IMG/VR virus record: IMGVR_UViG_3300031566_000038
Reading direction: 5' to 3' (one strand)
Origin: a virus
DNA: 56,620 nucleotides
Shown here: piece after piece, positions 47,394-56,586 of the stretch
How the letters are laid out: each line of letters opens with the position of its first letter
Position numbering within the stretch: the stretch's first letter is position 1
Translations under genes and position numbers: made by a program
Notes under the pieces: model-generated
Database searches by the model: none
The model's input: the letters and a program-made list of their open reading frames with translations, nothing else
What the model was told of the DNA's origin: nothing

Positions 47394-48770
47394 ATGTCTG
47401 ATTTTTACAGCTTTTTAAGCAATCTTATTTTTCTCACTGACTCTTACAAGGTCTCCCACTGGCGTCAATACCCGAAGTCTATCACCAAGATGTTATCTTA
47501 TTTTTCCAGCCGGGGTGGGTTGTACCCTGAAACGGTAGCGAATGTTTTGCTCCACTACCAAATGAAGCGGTTGGAAGGGGTGCAAATCACCCAAGAAAAG
47601 ATCGAAGAAGCGGCGGAACTTTTTAAATTTCACTTCGGTGATGAAAGCATTTTCAACCGTGCGGGTTGGGAATATATCCTAAAGGAGCACGGTGGTCGGC
47701 TACCGTTGAAGATCAAAGCGGTCGCCGAAGGCACGGTAGTACCCCACGGCAATGTTTTGATTGTGGCTGAAAGCACCGATCCTAAATGTCCTTGGGTCAC
47801 CAACTACTTCGAAACCTTCATGGTGCAAAATTGGTACCCTTCCACGGTGGCTACTTTTTCGTACACGGCTAAGAATCTTATCAACCGCTACCTCGAAGAA
47901 ACCGGTGACCCTGCCGGTTTGCCTTACAAATTGCACGACTTCGGGGTCAGGGGCACTAGCAGCATGGAATCGGCAGCGATCGGTGGGGCGGCTCACCTCC
48001 TAAATTTCTCTGGCACCGACAACCTACCCGCTATGGCTTTGCTCAAAAAGTTCTACGGGGGGTACGTGGGGAACTCTATTCCGGCAGCGGAGCACTCCAC
48101 AGCGTGCTCTTGGATCAAAGAAAAAGATTTCTTCCGTCACATGATCGAAGAATTCCCAGGGATGGTAGCGGTGGTGTCCGATACCTATGACATCTACGAA
48201 GCTTGCCGGGTTTGGTCCACCGAGCTTAAAGACCAAGTTCTGGCCCGAAAAGACGGCTGTGTGGTTATCCGGCCTGACTCGGGTGACCCGCTAGAAGTCT
48301 TGGAAAAGATCTTCGAGATCCTAGGGGAGAACTTCAAGAACGAGATCGTGGTAAACAAAAAAGGTTACAGGGTATTACCACCCCAGGTGCGAGTGATCCA
48401 AGGAGATGGAGTAGACATAGAAGCTATCGGCGATATCTTAGAGATGCTGAAGTTGAAAGGTTGGTCGGCAGACAATATAGCTTTCGGCTGTGGTGGTGCT
48501 CTTTTACAAAAATTGAATAGGGACACTAATAAGTTTGCTTTCAAAGCGTCCGCCGTTTTGGACAACGGGGTATGGCGGGAAATAAGGAAGAACCCGGTCA
48601 CCGACCCCGGTAAAGCAAGCAAAGCGGGCTTATTAGATCTTGTCAAAATCGACGGAACCTTTACTACCACTTCACCTTCGGGGAATTCATTGCTTGCGGT
48701 AGTTTTCGAAAATGGTATGGTGCCGCCGAGCGATAGTCTGGAAACTATTCGCACCCGCTTAGTGGTCTAA
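47394..48770 (+). CDS. nadV: nicotinamide phosphoribosyltransferase (NAMPT/NadV)
   Basis: 458 aa. HDFGVRGTSSMESAAIGGAAHLLNFSGTDN is typical of NAMPT. Lies 10 nt after nadM. Confidence 0.8.
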   Translation: MSDFYSFLSNLIFLTDSYKVSHWRQYPKSITKMLSYFSSRGGLYPETVANVLLHYQMKRLEGVQITQEKIEEAAELFKFHFGDESIFNRAGWEYILKEHGGRLPLKIKAVAEGTVVPHGNVLIVAESTDPKCPWVTNYFETFMVQNWYPSTVATFSYTAKNLINRYLEETGDPAGLPYKLHDFGVRGTSSMESAAIGGAAHLLNFSGTDNLPAMALLKKFYGGYVGNSIPAAEHSTACSWIKEKDFFRHMIEEFPGMVAVVSDTYDIYEACRVWSTELKDQVLARKDGCVVIRPDSGDPLEVLEKIFEILGENFKNEIVVNKKGYRVLPPQVRVIQGDGVDIEAIGDILEMLKLKGWSADNIAFGCGGALLQKLNRDTNKFAFKASAVLDNGVWREIRKNPVTDPGKASKAGLLDLVKIDGTFTTTSPSGNSLLAVVFENGMVPPSDSLETIRTRLVV

Positions 48771-48895
48771 TATCTTACTGGTTGACTCGGGGGTTTCTAG
48801 TTTAGAAGCCCTCGACATTTTTTATCTAGTACCCCCTTGATTAAAGTCTCTTACATTTGTTATAAGTGCTGTCGCCAAAGGGCTGTAACGTACAA

Positions 48896-49201
48896 ATGGA
48901 GCGAAAAATGCTTAATACATCAAGAGAACCCCGCCGAAAAATCGTAGCTGTTTCAGAGATCGCCGATCGCAAAGCCGCTAACCAAGAATTGAAGGCAATT
49001 ATAAACGAGAGCCAAGAAGAAAGGGCCGCTTTCGACGCCGACCGCTCCTCTGTCGTGACCTCGGTAAGGTTCAACAAAGAACTGTTATCGGAGATTAAGC
49101 TAGCAGCGAGCTATGAAAACATGCCCTATCAAGGGTGGCTTCGCAGCATGGCCAAAGAAAATGCCCGGACTGCGATCCTTAATCGCTTATCCCCCACTTA
49201 A
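48896..49201 (+). CDS. possible ribbon-helix-helix / BrnA-like DNA-binding protein
   Basis: C-terminal SVRFNKELLSEIKLAASYENMPYQGWLRSM resembles the BrnA antitoxin pattern. No cognate toxin gene is adjacent. Confidence 0.35.
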   Translation: MERKMLNTSREPRRKIVAVSEIADRKAANQELKAIINESQEERAAFDADRSSVVTSVRFNKELLSEIKLAASYENMPYQGWLRSMAKENARTAILNRLSPT

Positions 49202-49579
49202 AACAATTCTCTTCACCGCTATAAGGTTTGTCACGGTTATCGGCTTTTCGGTAACAGTGGTCGTGACAGCCCCCTCGCCGCCCCTGTGAATGTAAACATA
49301 TCTGATATACGTGGTGGGTTTTTCCCATAAGCTTACAAGGTCGAAGCTGTCGGAGTGGAAATTTGCGTCATACCGGCCTTGGTAGTCCCACTGTGCGCCT
49401 AGAAGCTCACCATTGACTTCGACATGGCCGAAAAAGATGGGGTTCTTTCCGTTCACGAGGTACATCACAACGGCTCTTTCCCCATCGAGGGTGCGGTAAG
49501 CCTTCCCTACTTCAATACGGTATTCTTCCCGGCTTTCCCGGTATTCCTCTTCCATATCTTCTATGTCCAACAAATCCAT
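49187..49579 (-). CDS. hypothetical protein
   Basis: 130-aa ORF. The CTACTACA word sits directly upstream of its ATG. Confidence 0.45.
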   Translation of the reverse strand: MDLLDIEDMEEEYRESREEYRIEVGKAYRTLDGERAVVMYLVNGKNPIFFGHVEVNGELLGAQWDYQGRYDANFHSDSFDLVSLWEKPTTYIRYVYIHRGGEGAVTTTVTEKPITVTNLIAVKRIVLSGG

Positions 49580-49632
49580 AGCTACTACACCCTTAGTTTA
49601 TATAAAGGTAAGATTAACTCCAAGGGGGGCTT

Positions 49633-49995
49633 ATGCGAATCGTCAAACTCTTTGACGAGGTTGCTATCATGAATGAACTTCAAGTAGATACAATTGCGCT
49701 GATACACGCAACCTCTTTCATGCACCCAATCAAGAAGTTGGTTGATGCTCACGAGATCATTAGCCTAAATTTAACTATCGAAGAACGATTTGAAGACTAC
49801 GAAGACCCGCCCTGGGATATTCCAGCTTTGTCGGACCTAAGCACGATCCGCAGAGAGCTTGTAGTCTATCACCGCACCGATTTCGACCCAGCACTACTGA
49901 TCGATCGGTATTCGTGTAAGATGATCAAGTTGTTCCGTCACATCCACATTAGAAAAAAATTAACCTCAAAGGTTCTAGGGGTAGAGCCGAAGTAG
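49633..49995 (+). CDS. hypothetical protein
   Basis: 120-aa ORF with a GGGGGG RBS. Confidence 0.45.
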   Translation: MRIVKLFDEVAIMNELQVDTIALIHATSFMHPIKKLVDAHEIISLNLTIEERFEDYEDPPWDIPALSDLSTIRRELVVYHRTDFDPALLIDRYSCKMIKLFRHIHIRKKLTSKVLGVEPK

Positions 49996-50475
49996 TATGT
50001 AGTAGATAATTGCGTAGTGCGTCAAATGATGCACGGCTTGATCGAACCCCATAGAAATCCAGAAGAACACATTGTTCTTTTTTAGCTTTCGGGTGGTTTC
50101 ATCTTCGCCGTGGTCTTGTTCGTAAGCGTAAAGGTCCATGAACTCATTTTTTGAAAGAGCGTTGAAGCGGCCTAAAAGATTCGGCGAAGCTTTCACCCGG
50201 TCCATGCAAAAGTGTAAGACAAAATCAAAAAGCATAACGTGTAGAACCCACCCGCAATCGCCTATATCCCTGTAAAGTGCAAAACCGAAAGCTATTACAA
50301 AAGTACCCAGGGCGTGTATCGAGCAATGGGTTGTGAGAGGTAGCACCCAAGCCCACCCTGGTTTAAATTTCCCTAACTGATAAGCGGTTTGTAAAGGGTA
50401 GTCACATAAAAAGTGTTTCACTTGGTAAGCTACCAGCAAAACAAACACGTCGCATAAGATAGATTCTACTGTCAT
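49975..50475 (-). CDS. polytopic membrane protein
   Basis: 166 aa with several hydrophobic helices. Confidence 0.5.
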   Translation of the reverse strand: MTVESILCDVFVLLVAYQVKHFLCDYPLQTAYQLGKFKPGWAWVLPLTTHCSIHALGTFVIAFGFALYRDIGDCGWVLHVMLFDFVLHFCMDRVKASPNLLGRFNALSKNEFMDLYAYEQDHGEDETTRKLKKNNVFFWISMGFDQAVHHLTHYAIIYYILLRLYP

Positions 50476-50546
50476 GGGCTACCTCTTGACTTGAGCCTTA
50501 AATTCATGGGAAGATCTGTGAACACTTTCGGATACAGGAGTACAGA

Positions 50547-51281
50547 GTGACCTTTGAATTGGACAGCGGAATTCTTGAAGCTAAGCTAGAAGTGTTACAA
50601 AAGTTAAAAGGCTTCATACAATACAACCATATCCTAACTAAAATGATTACTGAGATCTCTAACAAACACGACATCGACTTCAAAGAGCTTTGGGCGTGGA
50701 CACTAGAGCAAATGTTTTCAGAAGAGTTAGCGGAAATAGTACCACCCAACACTACTACAAAGAAAGCGAAAGAAGCGCCGGTAGTGAAGGTAGCGAAGGT
50801 AGAAGCGACGAAAGAGACGGTAGCAGCGAAAGAAGCGGTAGCGAAGCCGAGGCCGGTAGCGAAACCGAATGTTTTACGGCGTAAAATTAGCGATCCTGTG
50901 GTTTTGTTCAAACAAGCCTCGACAGATAAAAAGCTTCAGATCTTACAAACAACCAAAGACCCTGCGATTTTGGCTGCGGGTATCGTAGACCAGAACCGCC
51001 ACGTTCGGTTACAGGCTGTAAGGAATGAAGAAACCCCGCAAAAGCTGATCGAGACGGTGGTGTTGCGGGATGCTAATTTGAAGGTGCAACGGGTGGCTAT
51101 ACGGTTCGTGGAAGACCAAACGTTTTTGGGTCGGATCGCTATTTCCGGGCTGGACATCGAAGTCCGCCAAAAATCTATCCGAAAGCTCACAGACAAGAAG
51201 ATACTACAAAAGATCGTCCAGGGCCGCTTTCCCCCAACCCTCGTCAAAGCGGCAGGATTGACTATCTCAGAGCTTATCTGA
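50547..51281 (+). CDS. HEAT-like repeat protein with K/A/V-rich linker
   Basis: GTG start with an AGGAG RBS 7 nt upstream. C-terminal repeats of the form ...VRLQAVRNEETPQKLIETVVLRDANLKVQRVAIRFVED. Confidence 0.5.
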   Translation: MTFELDSGILEAKLEVLQKLKGFIQYNHILTKMITEISNKHDIDFKELWAWTLEQMFSEELAEIVPPNTTTKKAKEAPVVKVAKVEATKETVAAKEAVAKPRPVAKPNVLRRKISDPVVLFKQASTDKKLQILQTTKDPAILAAGIVDQNRHVRLQAVRNEETPQKLIETVVLRDANLKVQRVAIRFVEDQTFLGRIAISGLDIEVRQKSIRKLTDKKILQKIVQGRFPPTLVKAAGLTISELI

Positions 51282-51420
51282 CAAAACCTTACCAAAACTT
51301 ACCACCAAATATCTCAAAAATAGCGCTGCAAGGCGCTATTTTTGTTTGTGAAAAAAAAGTCCTAAAGTTTATCCCCTTTCGCACCGAAAAAGTCTTTGGT
51401 TAACAAATGGAGGGATAACC

Positions 51421-52311
51421 ATGAAGAACTTAATATACTACATAACAAGCATGAGCATCTTTATCGCATTGGGTTGTGGCACGGATTTGACTGGTGAAGA
51501 TAAGGAAGAGTTAGAGCGGCTCCGAGCGGAGCAAGAGGTAGCCGATAAGGCTGAAGAAGAAAAGCAAACGGAAGCTGAAGCGGTAGAAAAATCGGATAAT
51601 GAAGAATTTTTATCACAAGAGCCGGTGTATCTTCGAGGGTATCTTTCTTCGAGCTTCACGATTTCGGTAGACGATCAATCATTCGAAGACTCTGAAGATT
51701 TTTATTCGGCTCAAATAGAGAAAATGGAAGCTGAAAAAATAGCCCAAGGTTTCGAAGGCTATGATTTAGAGTTGAAAGGTCGTCTAGGTTTGGCCGATCT
51801 TAAGTATGGTATGAGCGTTTATATCGAATCGGCTGGCGAAGAAGGCTACGGCGCTGAAACTGTAGTAGTCGCTGACGGTACGTTTGAGGTCCGCTTCCCA
51901 CCCCAGGCGAGCGGTGACACCTTCCAAATTAGAGCGAACAAGCGCATAGGCGTGGTACTTAGCAACGACGAGGGTGATGTCGTACACTGGTGTTACAACT
52001 TCTATGGCCGTAAGGTTGCCGAAGTCACCCACGATAGCAAGCCGGTGATTCTTAGAGAATTCTTCACCAAGCTCACCAAATATGATTGCCAAGTCGCCAA
52101 GAAAAAAGATGGCACCCTGGGCATCCCGCAGCACGTTTCAGAAGTCGTACCCGACGATAAAGCTTCTACCGAGGCCCAAAACGATCAATGGGACCGGGAG
52201 TGGGAAGAATCAATCGAAAGCGCTACCGACGATGACAATCCAACACAAGAGCAAATTGATAAGTGGGACCAAGAATGGAACGACCTTATCGAAGAGCAAA
52301 ACAAAGCCTGA
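51421..52311 (+). CDS. acidic lipoprotein
   Basis: Signal peptide with lipobox IALGCG. GGAGGG RBS. Confidence 0.55.
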   Translation: MKNLIYYITSMSIFIALGCGTDLTGEDKEELERLRAEQEVADKAEEEKQTEAEAVEKSDNEEFLSQEPVYLRGYLSSSFTISVDDQSFEDSEDFYSAQIEKMEAEKIAQGFEGYDLELKGRLGLADLKYGMSVYIESAGEEGYGAETVVVADGTFEVRFPPQASGDTFQIRANKRIGVVLSNDEGDVVHWCYNFYGRKVAEVTHDSKPVILREFFTKLTKYDCQVAKKKDGTLGIPQHVSEVVPDDKASTEAQNDQWDREWEESIESATDDDNPTQEQIDKWDQEWNDLIEEQNKA

Positions 52312-52384
52312 CTCTCTGCATTATTTGTAGGGTTAACCTCCGGCTGGGGGTGATAGATCGCTCCCAGCCTTTTAAGGATATTTT

Positions 52385-52624
52385 ATGTATCATAGAGAAC
52401 TCATAGTACAGAAAGCCGAGAGTCATGGGGTAAAGGCTGACTTCCTAATACAAAAGGTCAAAGCTTTGCCTTACGAGCCTAGAAGCGATTTAGAGATGTA
52501 TGTGCTTTTAGATCAAATCATAGCTGACGGTTTTGAGTATGAATTCGAAGCTTTGTACGATGGCCAAGACGAAGACCCCGAACATGCTTTCTATTTTGCT
52601 TATGCTAAGGTGGATAGGTCTTGA
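52385..52624 (+). CDS. hypothetical protein
   Basis: 79-aa ORF. Confidence 0.4.
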   Translation: MYHRELIVQKAESHGVKADFLIQKVKALPYEPRSDLEMYVLLDQIIADGFEYEFEALYDGQDEDPEHAFYFAYAKVDRS

Positions 52625-52766
52625 CGGCGGGGGAAAAACCCCCCTATACTTTAAATTGGTTTGGCGGTTCCATTTTAGTCGAATAGCACTGATTTTATTT
52701 AATTGATTTCAATCTTATCTTTTTTATTTTATTAATTAAAAAAACCGTCACTTCTACGATTTTAAA

Positions 52767-52793
52767 AAGCCTAGGCGTTTAACGCCTAGGCTT
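52767..52793. terminator. palindromic hairpin AAGCCTAGGCGTT-t-AACGCCTAGGCTT; terminator for the minus strand, weaker for the plus strand
   Basis: 13-bp perfect palindromic arms. On the minus strand it is followed by TTTTAAAA, downstream of gene 52837-53421. Confidence 0.55.
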
Positions 52794-52836
52794 ACTAATT
52801 TGGAGGTCGTCCCTGGCAAATAGAGAAGACTAACCT

Positions 52837-53421
52837 TTAGCTAACACCGAAAGGGTCGGGTACGTCAATCGAAGGCTTAGGATTACAAAGTCCATTTAGC
52901 TTACCCCTTTTGCTCTGCGGAGCAATCGGCCAACCCAATTCTTCAGAGATCTTGACTTGCCAACCACGCTTCGTCGCATAACGATAGCTTTTGCTGTCCG
53001 CAAGCTTCCAGGCGGTCAACCCATCGGAAAACGAAGCTAGCTCTTTACAGTCTTCGTAGGTGCGTTTCACGCCAACGCAACGATCCCAACCTTGAGCCTT
53101 TACGATATTATCCAACCATCCTTTGTTTTCACAATACAAAAAAAGCGACCGGTCGGATCGGCGGAAATGATCCACACCCTTATAAATAACCGTCTCTTCT
53201 ATTACTTTTTCATAGGCAGGCCGCTTAACATAAGATCTTTCGACCGTTCGAAAAGTCCAGCCTAATTCCGTCCCTATCACTCGATGCCACCTCTTCCGAT
53301 AAGCAGCCAAGTACGATGCTCGACCCTTGGGACACTTAGCCCACTCAACTATTTTAGTGTACGGTTTAGCAATAGCTAAACATCGTTCGTAGGTCCAATA
53401 CCCAACGGGCTTTCTCGGCAA
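52837..53421 (-). CDS. basic protein with two ~45-aa internal repeats (SY..A..KR.W...I..ELGW)
   Basis: SYLAAYRKRWHRVIGTELGW and SYRYATKRGWQVKISEELGW. Confidence 0.5.
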   Translation of the reverse strand: MPRKPVGYWTYERCLAIAKPYTKIVEWAKCPKGRASYLAAYRKRWHRVIGTELGWTFRTVERSYVKRPAYEKVIEETVIYKGVDHFRRSDRSLFLYCENKGWLDNIVKAQGWDRCVGVKRTYEDCKELASFSDGLTAWKLADSKSYRYATKRGWQVKISEELGWPIAPQSKRGKLNGLCNPKPSIDVPDPFGVS

Positions 53422-53505
53422 AATATATCTCCCTTATTGCTGAGATCTATCTTACACATTTTGGGTGAAAAGAACCACCGTGTATAAAACACGATGGTTT
53501 TTTGA

Positions 53506-53922
53506 TTAGGTGTGGTTGAAAACGGTACCAGCGATGATTTTGGTTTCATCTATTTGTAAGAGCTTTTCTTCGAAGTCTTCACGGGTGAAGGACTCTTTAA
53601 GGTCTCTTACATTTTGTTGTGGCACCACCCAAAACTCATCGGGCTTTATAACGAACTTTTCCTTGGAGGTCGCTTCGGTGAAAATCGGCACCCCGCAAAA
53701 GGTGCCCAGGTCGCCAACCAACATTTCGGTTTTGGAGGTAGGGTCGAAACCTGGGTGGTCGCTTTCGAAAACCAACGACGACCAAATTTCATCCGATACC
53801 AAAAGAGCGCTGCGCCTAACGCTAACTTTGTTGTAGTCGAAAATCCCTGGCAGGGAATCCCAAGTCAACTTGCCTTCTAATGGAACTTTCATAGCGAGCC
53901 CTCCAGAGCATCTGTTACGCAC
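53506..53922 (-). CDS. hypothetical protein
   Basis: 138-aa ORF. Confidence 0.45.
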   Translation of the reverse strand: MRNRCSGGLAMKVPLEGKLTWDSLPGIFDYNKVSVRRSALLVSDEIWSSLVFESDHPGFDPTSKTEMLVGDLGTFCGVPIFTEATSKEKFVIKPDEFWVVPQQNVRDLKESFTREDFEEKLLQIDETKIIAGTVFNHT

Positions 53923-54166
53923 GTATACGTTGCCGTTGCCGGAGTGTTGCTAGTGCTCACTGTCAGCAAGCTATCAGCCGTTGAGCCTACTATACCTTGA
54001 AGACCTTTCTCTAGGTGGTCAAGATGAATATCAGTACCACCGAGGGCGATCCCCGGCCCCGCAGTCACAGAGGAAAACATATCACCAGTTAGCCTAAAAC
54101 CCACTGGCGAGCCCGCACTATAATCTGTCGTAGGCCGATCGAAGTAATTGTTACTCGACCGGCCAT

Positions 54167-54373
54167 TTAAAAAGGGCGTACAGCGATCTCCAATTGGTCT
54201 AAGCGATCCGCAAAGCTTTCGGGCACAGACCGGGCGGCGACGAAGTTAGCTTCCTTTTCAGACTTGGCCAAGATTGTAGTAGGTTTTACTACTAGCTCAG
54301 CTTTGCCGCCGTCCTTGCTTTCTTTCTTGGATGGGTTGTAGATAACCGCATACTCAAATAGTTTACTAGACAT
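54167..54373 (-). CDS. hypothetical protein
   Basis: 68-aa ORF. Confidence 0.35.
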   Translation of the reverse strand: MSSKLFEYAVIYNPSKKESKDGGKAELVVKPTTILAKSEKEANFVAARSVPESFADRLDQLEIAVRPF

Positions 54374-54432
54374 AAAAAGACCTTTCTAAAATGTTCGAAC
54401 ATTCCGAAAGGCTTTTAAAGGTCGTGGCTATT

Positions 54433-55419
54433 TTAGGTGGTTTTCATTCTATGTAATGTGGCAAAAGCATTCCACCACCAATCGTGGTCGGCACCTCTGG
54501 TGTAGGCGGTCACCTTAAGTCGGATGTTATGACCCAACCTGGAAGCATCCGAGGTTTGCAAATTCATAAAACCACTGCTTAGAAGCGGAACTTTGTTTGC
54601 GAATCGGATAAACTCCACCTCGACGGTAAACATATTGTACACACCATCACCCGAAGGAGCGGCTGCGATATTCTCAAAAAGCTTAGTGGTGGTGTTGTAG
54701 TCGGCATTCCAAAAAGCAGCCGACCTTTTACCGAATTCGTTCAACGGCATCTCTACTAAAACCATAGTGTCTACATCGATCGTACCGTCACCCGCTGCGG
54801 GTACTATCATATAACCTTGATAGAGATTGTAGAAAGTATTGGTACCGGCTGATGTAGCAGAGAGCTTCGGAACGAAAGAAACCGAGATCTCATCATTCAA
54901 CGCATCTTTCCACTGAAGGTAGCCCTCGTGGATAAAGGTGTTATTGACTACGCTGTTCAAGTCTAAATAGGCCGATTCTGTAGTAGGGTTACCAATCTCA
55001 TGATGCCCTTTTAGTTTTTGGTTTTCAGGTACGTCACCCCCTATCAAAGAAGCATTAGCTTGATCGTCCGAAGCGCATGTAAAATAGGTTGTAGTGCCAG
55101 GGACTCTGGACGTTTGGTGGACCGGAATTTTAGAACCATCCATTAACCCGGAATCCGTAGGCGGTTTAGCATCCAGATAGGGTTTGTAGTTGGTTACAAA
55201 ATCTGTGTGATCCGCATTAACATACCGCCAATGCCCTACGGGATATATGTTTGTGAAGTAAGTATAGTTGTTGTGCTTCACAAAGCACAAAAAATAGACT
55301 CCACTTGACAGACTTTTTCTGTGATATTGCAACGGAGTCGAATCTGAGATATGCCCCTTTAGGTTTGTCCAGGTTTCCTTAACCGGTCGCACAAAATTAG
55401 TGCTATTCGCTTTAAGCAT
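54433..55419 (-). CDS. putative structural protein
   Basis: 328 aa, beta-rich. Abuts the next gene with a 2-nt gap. Confidence 0.55.
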   Translation of the reverse strand: MLKANSTNFVRPVKETWTNLKGHISDSTPLQYHRKSLSSGVYFLCFVKHNNYTYFTNIYPVGHWRYVNADHTDFVTNYKPYLDAKPPTDSGLMDGSKIPVHQTSRVPGTTTYFTCASDDQANASLIGGDVPENQKLKGHHEIGNPTTESAYLDLNSVVNNTFIHEGYLQWKDALNDEISVSFVPKLSATSAGTNTFYNLYQGYMIVPAAGDGTIDVDTMVLVEMPLNEFGKRSAAFWNADYNTTTKLFENIAAAPSGDGVYNMFTVEVEFIRFANKVPLLSSGFMNLQTSDASRLGHNIRLKVTAYTRGADHDWWWNAFATLHRMKTT

Positions 55420-55421
55420 TA

Positions 55422-56369
55422 TTAGTCACCTCCCGAGGTAGCGGTGTGCCAACCGTTTACAACCGCCATAATCGTGCCAACATTTATTTTATCTTCGTTC
55501 ACTATGGTAATTCTGAAATGATTCTTGCCGTTCCCGATGAAGTCGTTGGGAGGTGAAACCCACATTAAGGAATCTGTAGAGATTTGGTTCCCCACTCTGC
55601 CGATCACCCGGTCGGTCAAACCCAACGGCATATTATCGGGGAAATCTGTAGGTAACCCCGCTTCTAAAGTGATCGTGGACGCCCCAGAATCTTTATCGAT
55701 AACCTTGGCATGAAACCCGGTTTCCGCTACCGTGTCGTAAAAGCAATAGTAGTGGTACCTGCGGATAAGATCTACTTCGCCGTTGGTATTGTGTACCGTG
55801 ATTACAGTGTCACCGCTCGTGTGGGCTCCGTTAACTTTGGTTGCGATGATCTCGTCGCCTCTTACCCACGGGTTGATTCTCATATATTCATCGACAGCGA
55901 TCTCTTCGAACCATTCTAATGTTATCGACGAAGCGACTTGTTCGGAACCACCCTTAAGAAGATTTATCGTAGCGTGACGGCCCGGTGGTAAGACAAAGAA
56001 TTCGGAATAGGTCTCTTCATTCTCTAGCTCTTTTTCAATCACCCAGTTGATACCTTTGTTACCACTGACGTGAGCGAAGTTTTCGTTTACAACGTGCCAA
56101 TCACCATCTTTGGACCTCGGAGGTTGGGTATTGCCTTGCAACCAAGCTAACCCTTTCGCTGGTACAAGAAAATCGTCGGTACCGTCCGCACCTTTGTTGA
56201 CGGTCAAAAAACCCGCACCGACATCAGAGATGACTTTGCTGTCTTCACCCCAATCTTGGAATTCGGATTCTTCAAGATCGTAATAAGCTAAGTAAGTGAT
56301 GGACTGACCGACCCAGACATCATCAACCCCTTTCGTATTCTTTACCCGTACTATCCTGGCCATAAACAA
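55422..56369 (-). CDS. putative structural protein
   Basis: 315-aa ORF. Confidence 0.55.
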   Translation of the reverse strand: MFMARIVRVKNTKGVDDVWVGQSITYLAYYDLEESEFQDWGEDSKVISDVGAGFLTVNKGADGTDDFLVPAKGLAWLQGNTQPPRSKDGDWHVVNENFAHVSGNKGINWVIEKELENEETYSEFFVLPPGRHATINLLKGGSEQVASSITLEWFEEIAVDEYMRINPWVRGDEIIATKVNGAHTSGDTVITVHNTNGEVDLIRRYHYYCFYDTVAETGFHAKVIDKDSGASTITLEAGLPTDFPDNMPLGLTDRVIGRVGNQISTDSLMWVSPPNDFIGNGKNHFRITIVNEDKINVGTIMAVVNGWHTATSGGD

Positions 56370-56373
56370 CCCT

Positions 56374-56586
56374 TTACATATAGAGTTTCACTAAAGGTTT
56401 TTGAACTCCGCTAGCAGTCGAAAGATAACAATTGACCGAATCTCCTGCGGTTACAGCAAAACTAATAGCGGATACTTGTGTTTGTGTACCGACCAATACC
56501 ACTGAAGCGGCAGGGGTGCCGACCGTAGTGTTCACCCTAAATTCCAAAGTTCCCGACGGTGTACCGCCTTGATTTGAAAAGGTCAT
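56374..56586 (-). CDS. hypothetical protein (may extend beyond the window edge)
   Basis: Ser/Thr/Gly/Val-rich 70-aa ORF close to the window end. Confidence 0.35.
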   Translation of the reverse strand: MTFSNQGGTPSGTLEFRVNTTVGTPAASVVLVGTQTQVSAISFAVTAGDSVNCYLSTASGVQKPLVKLYM

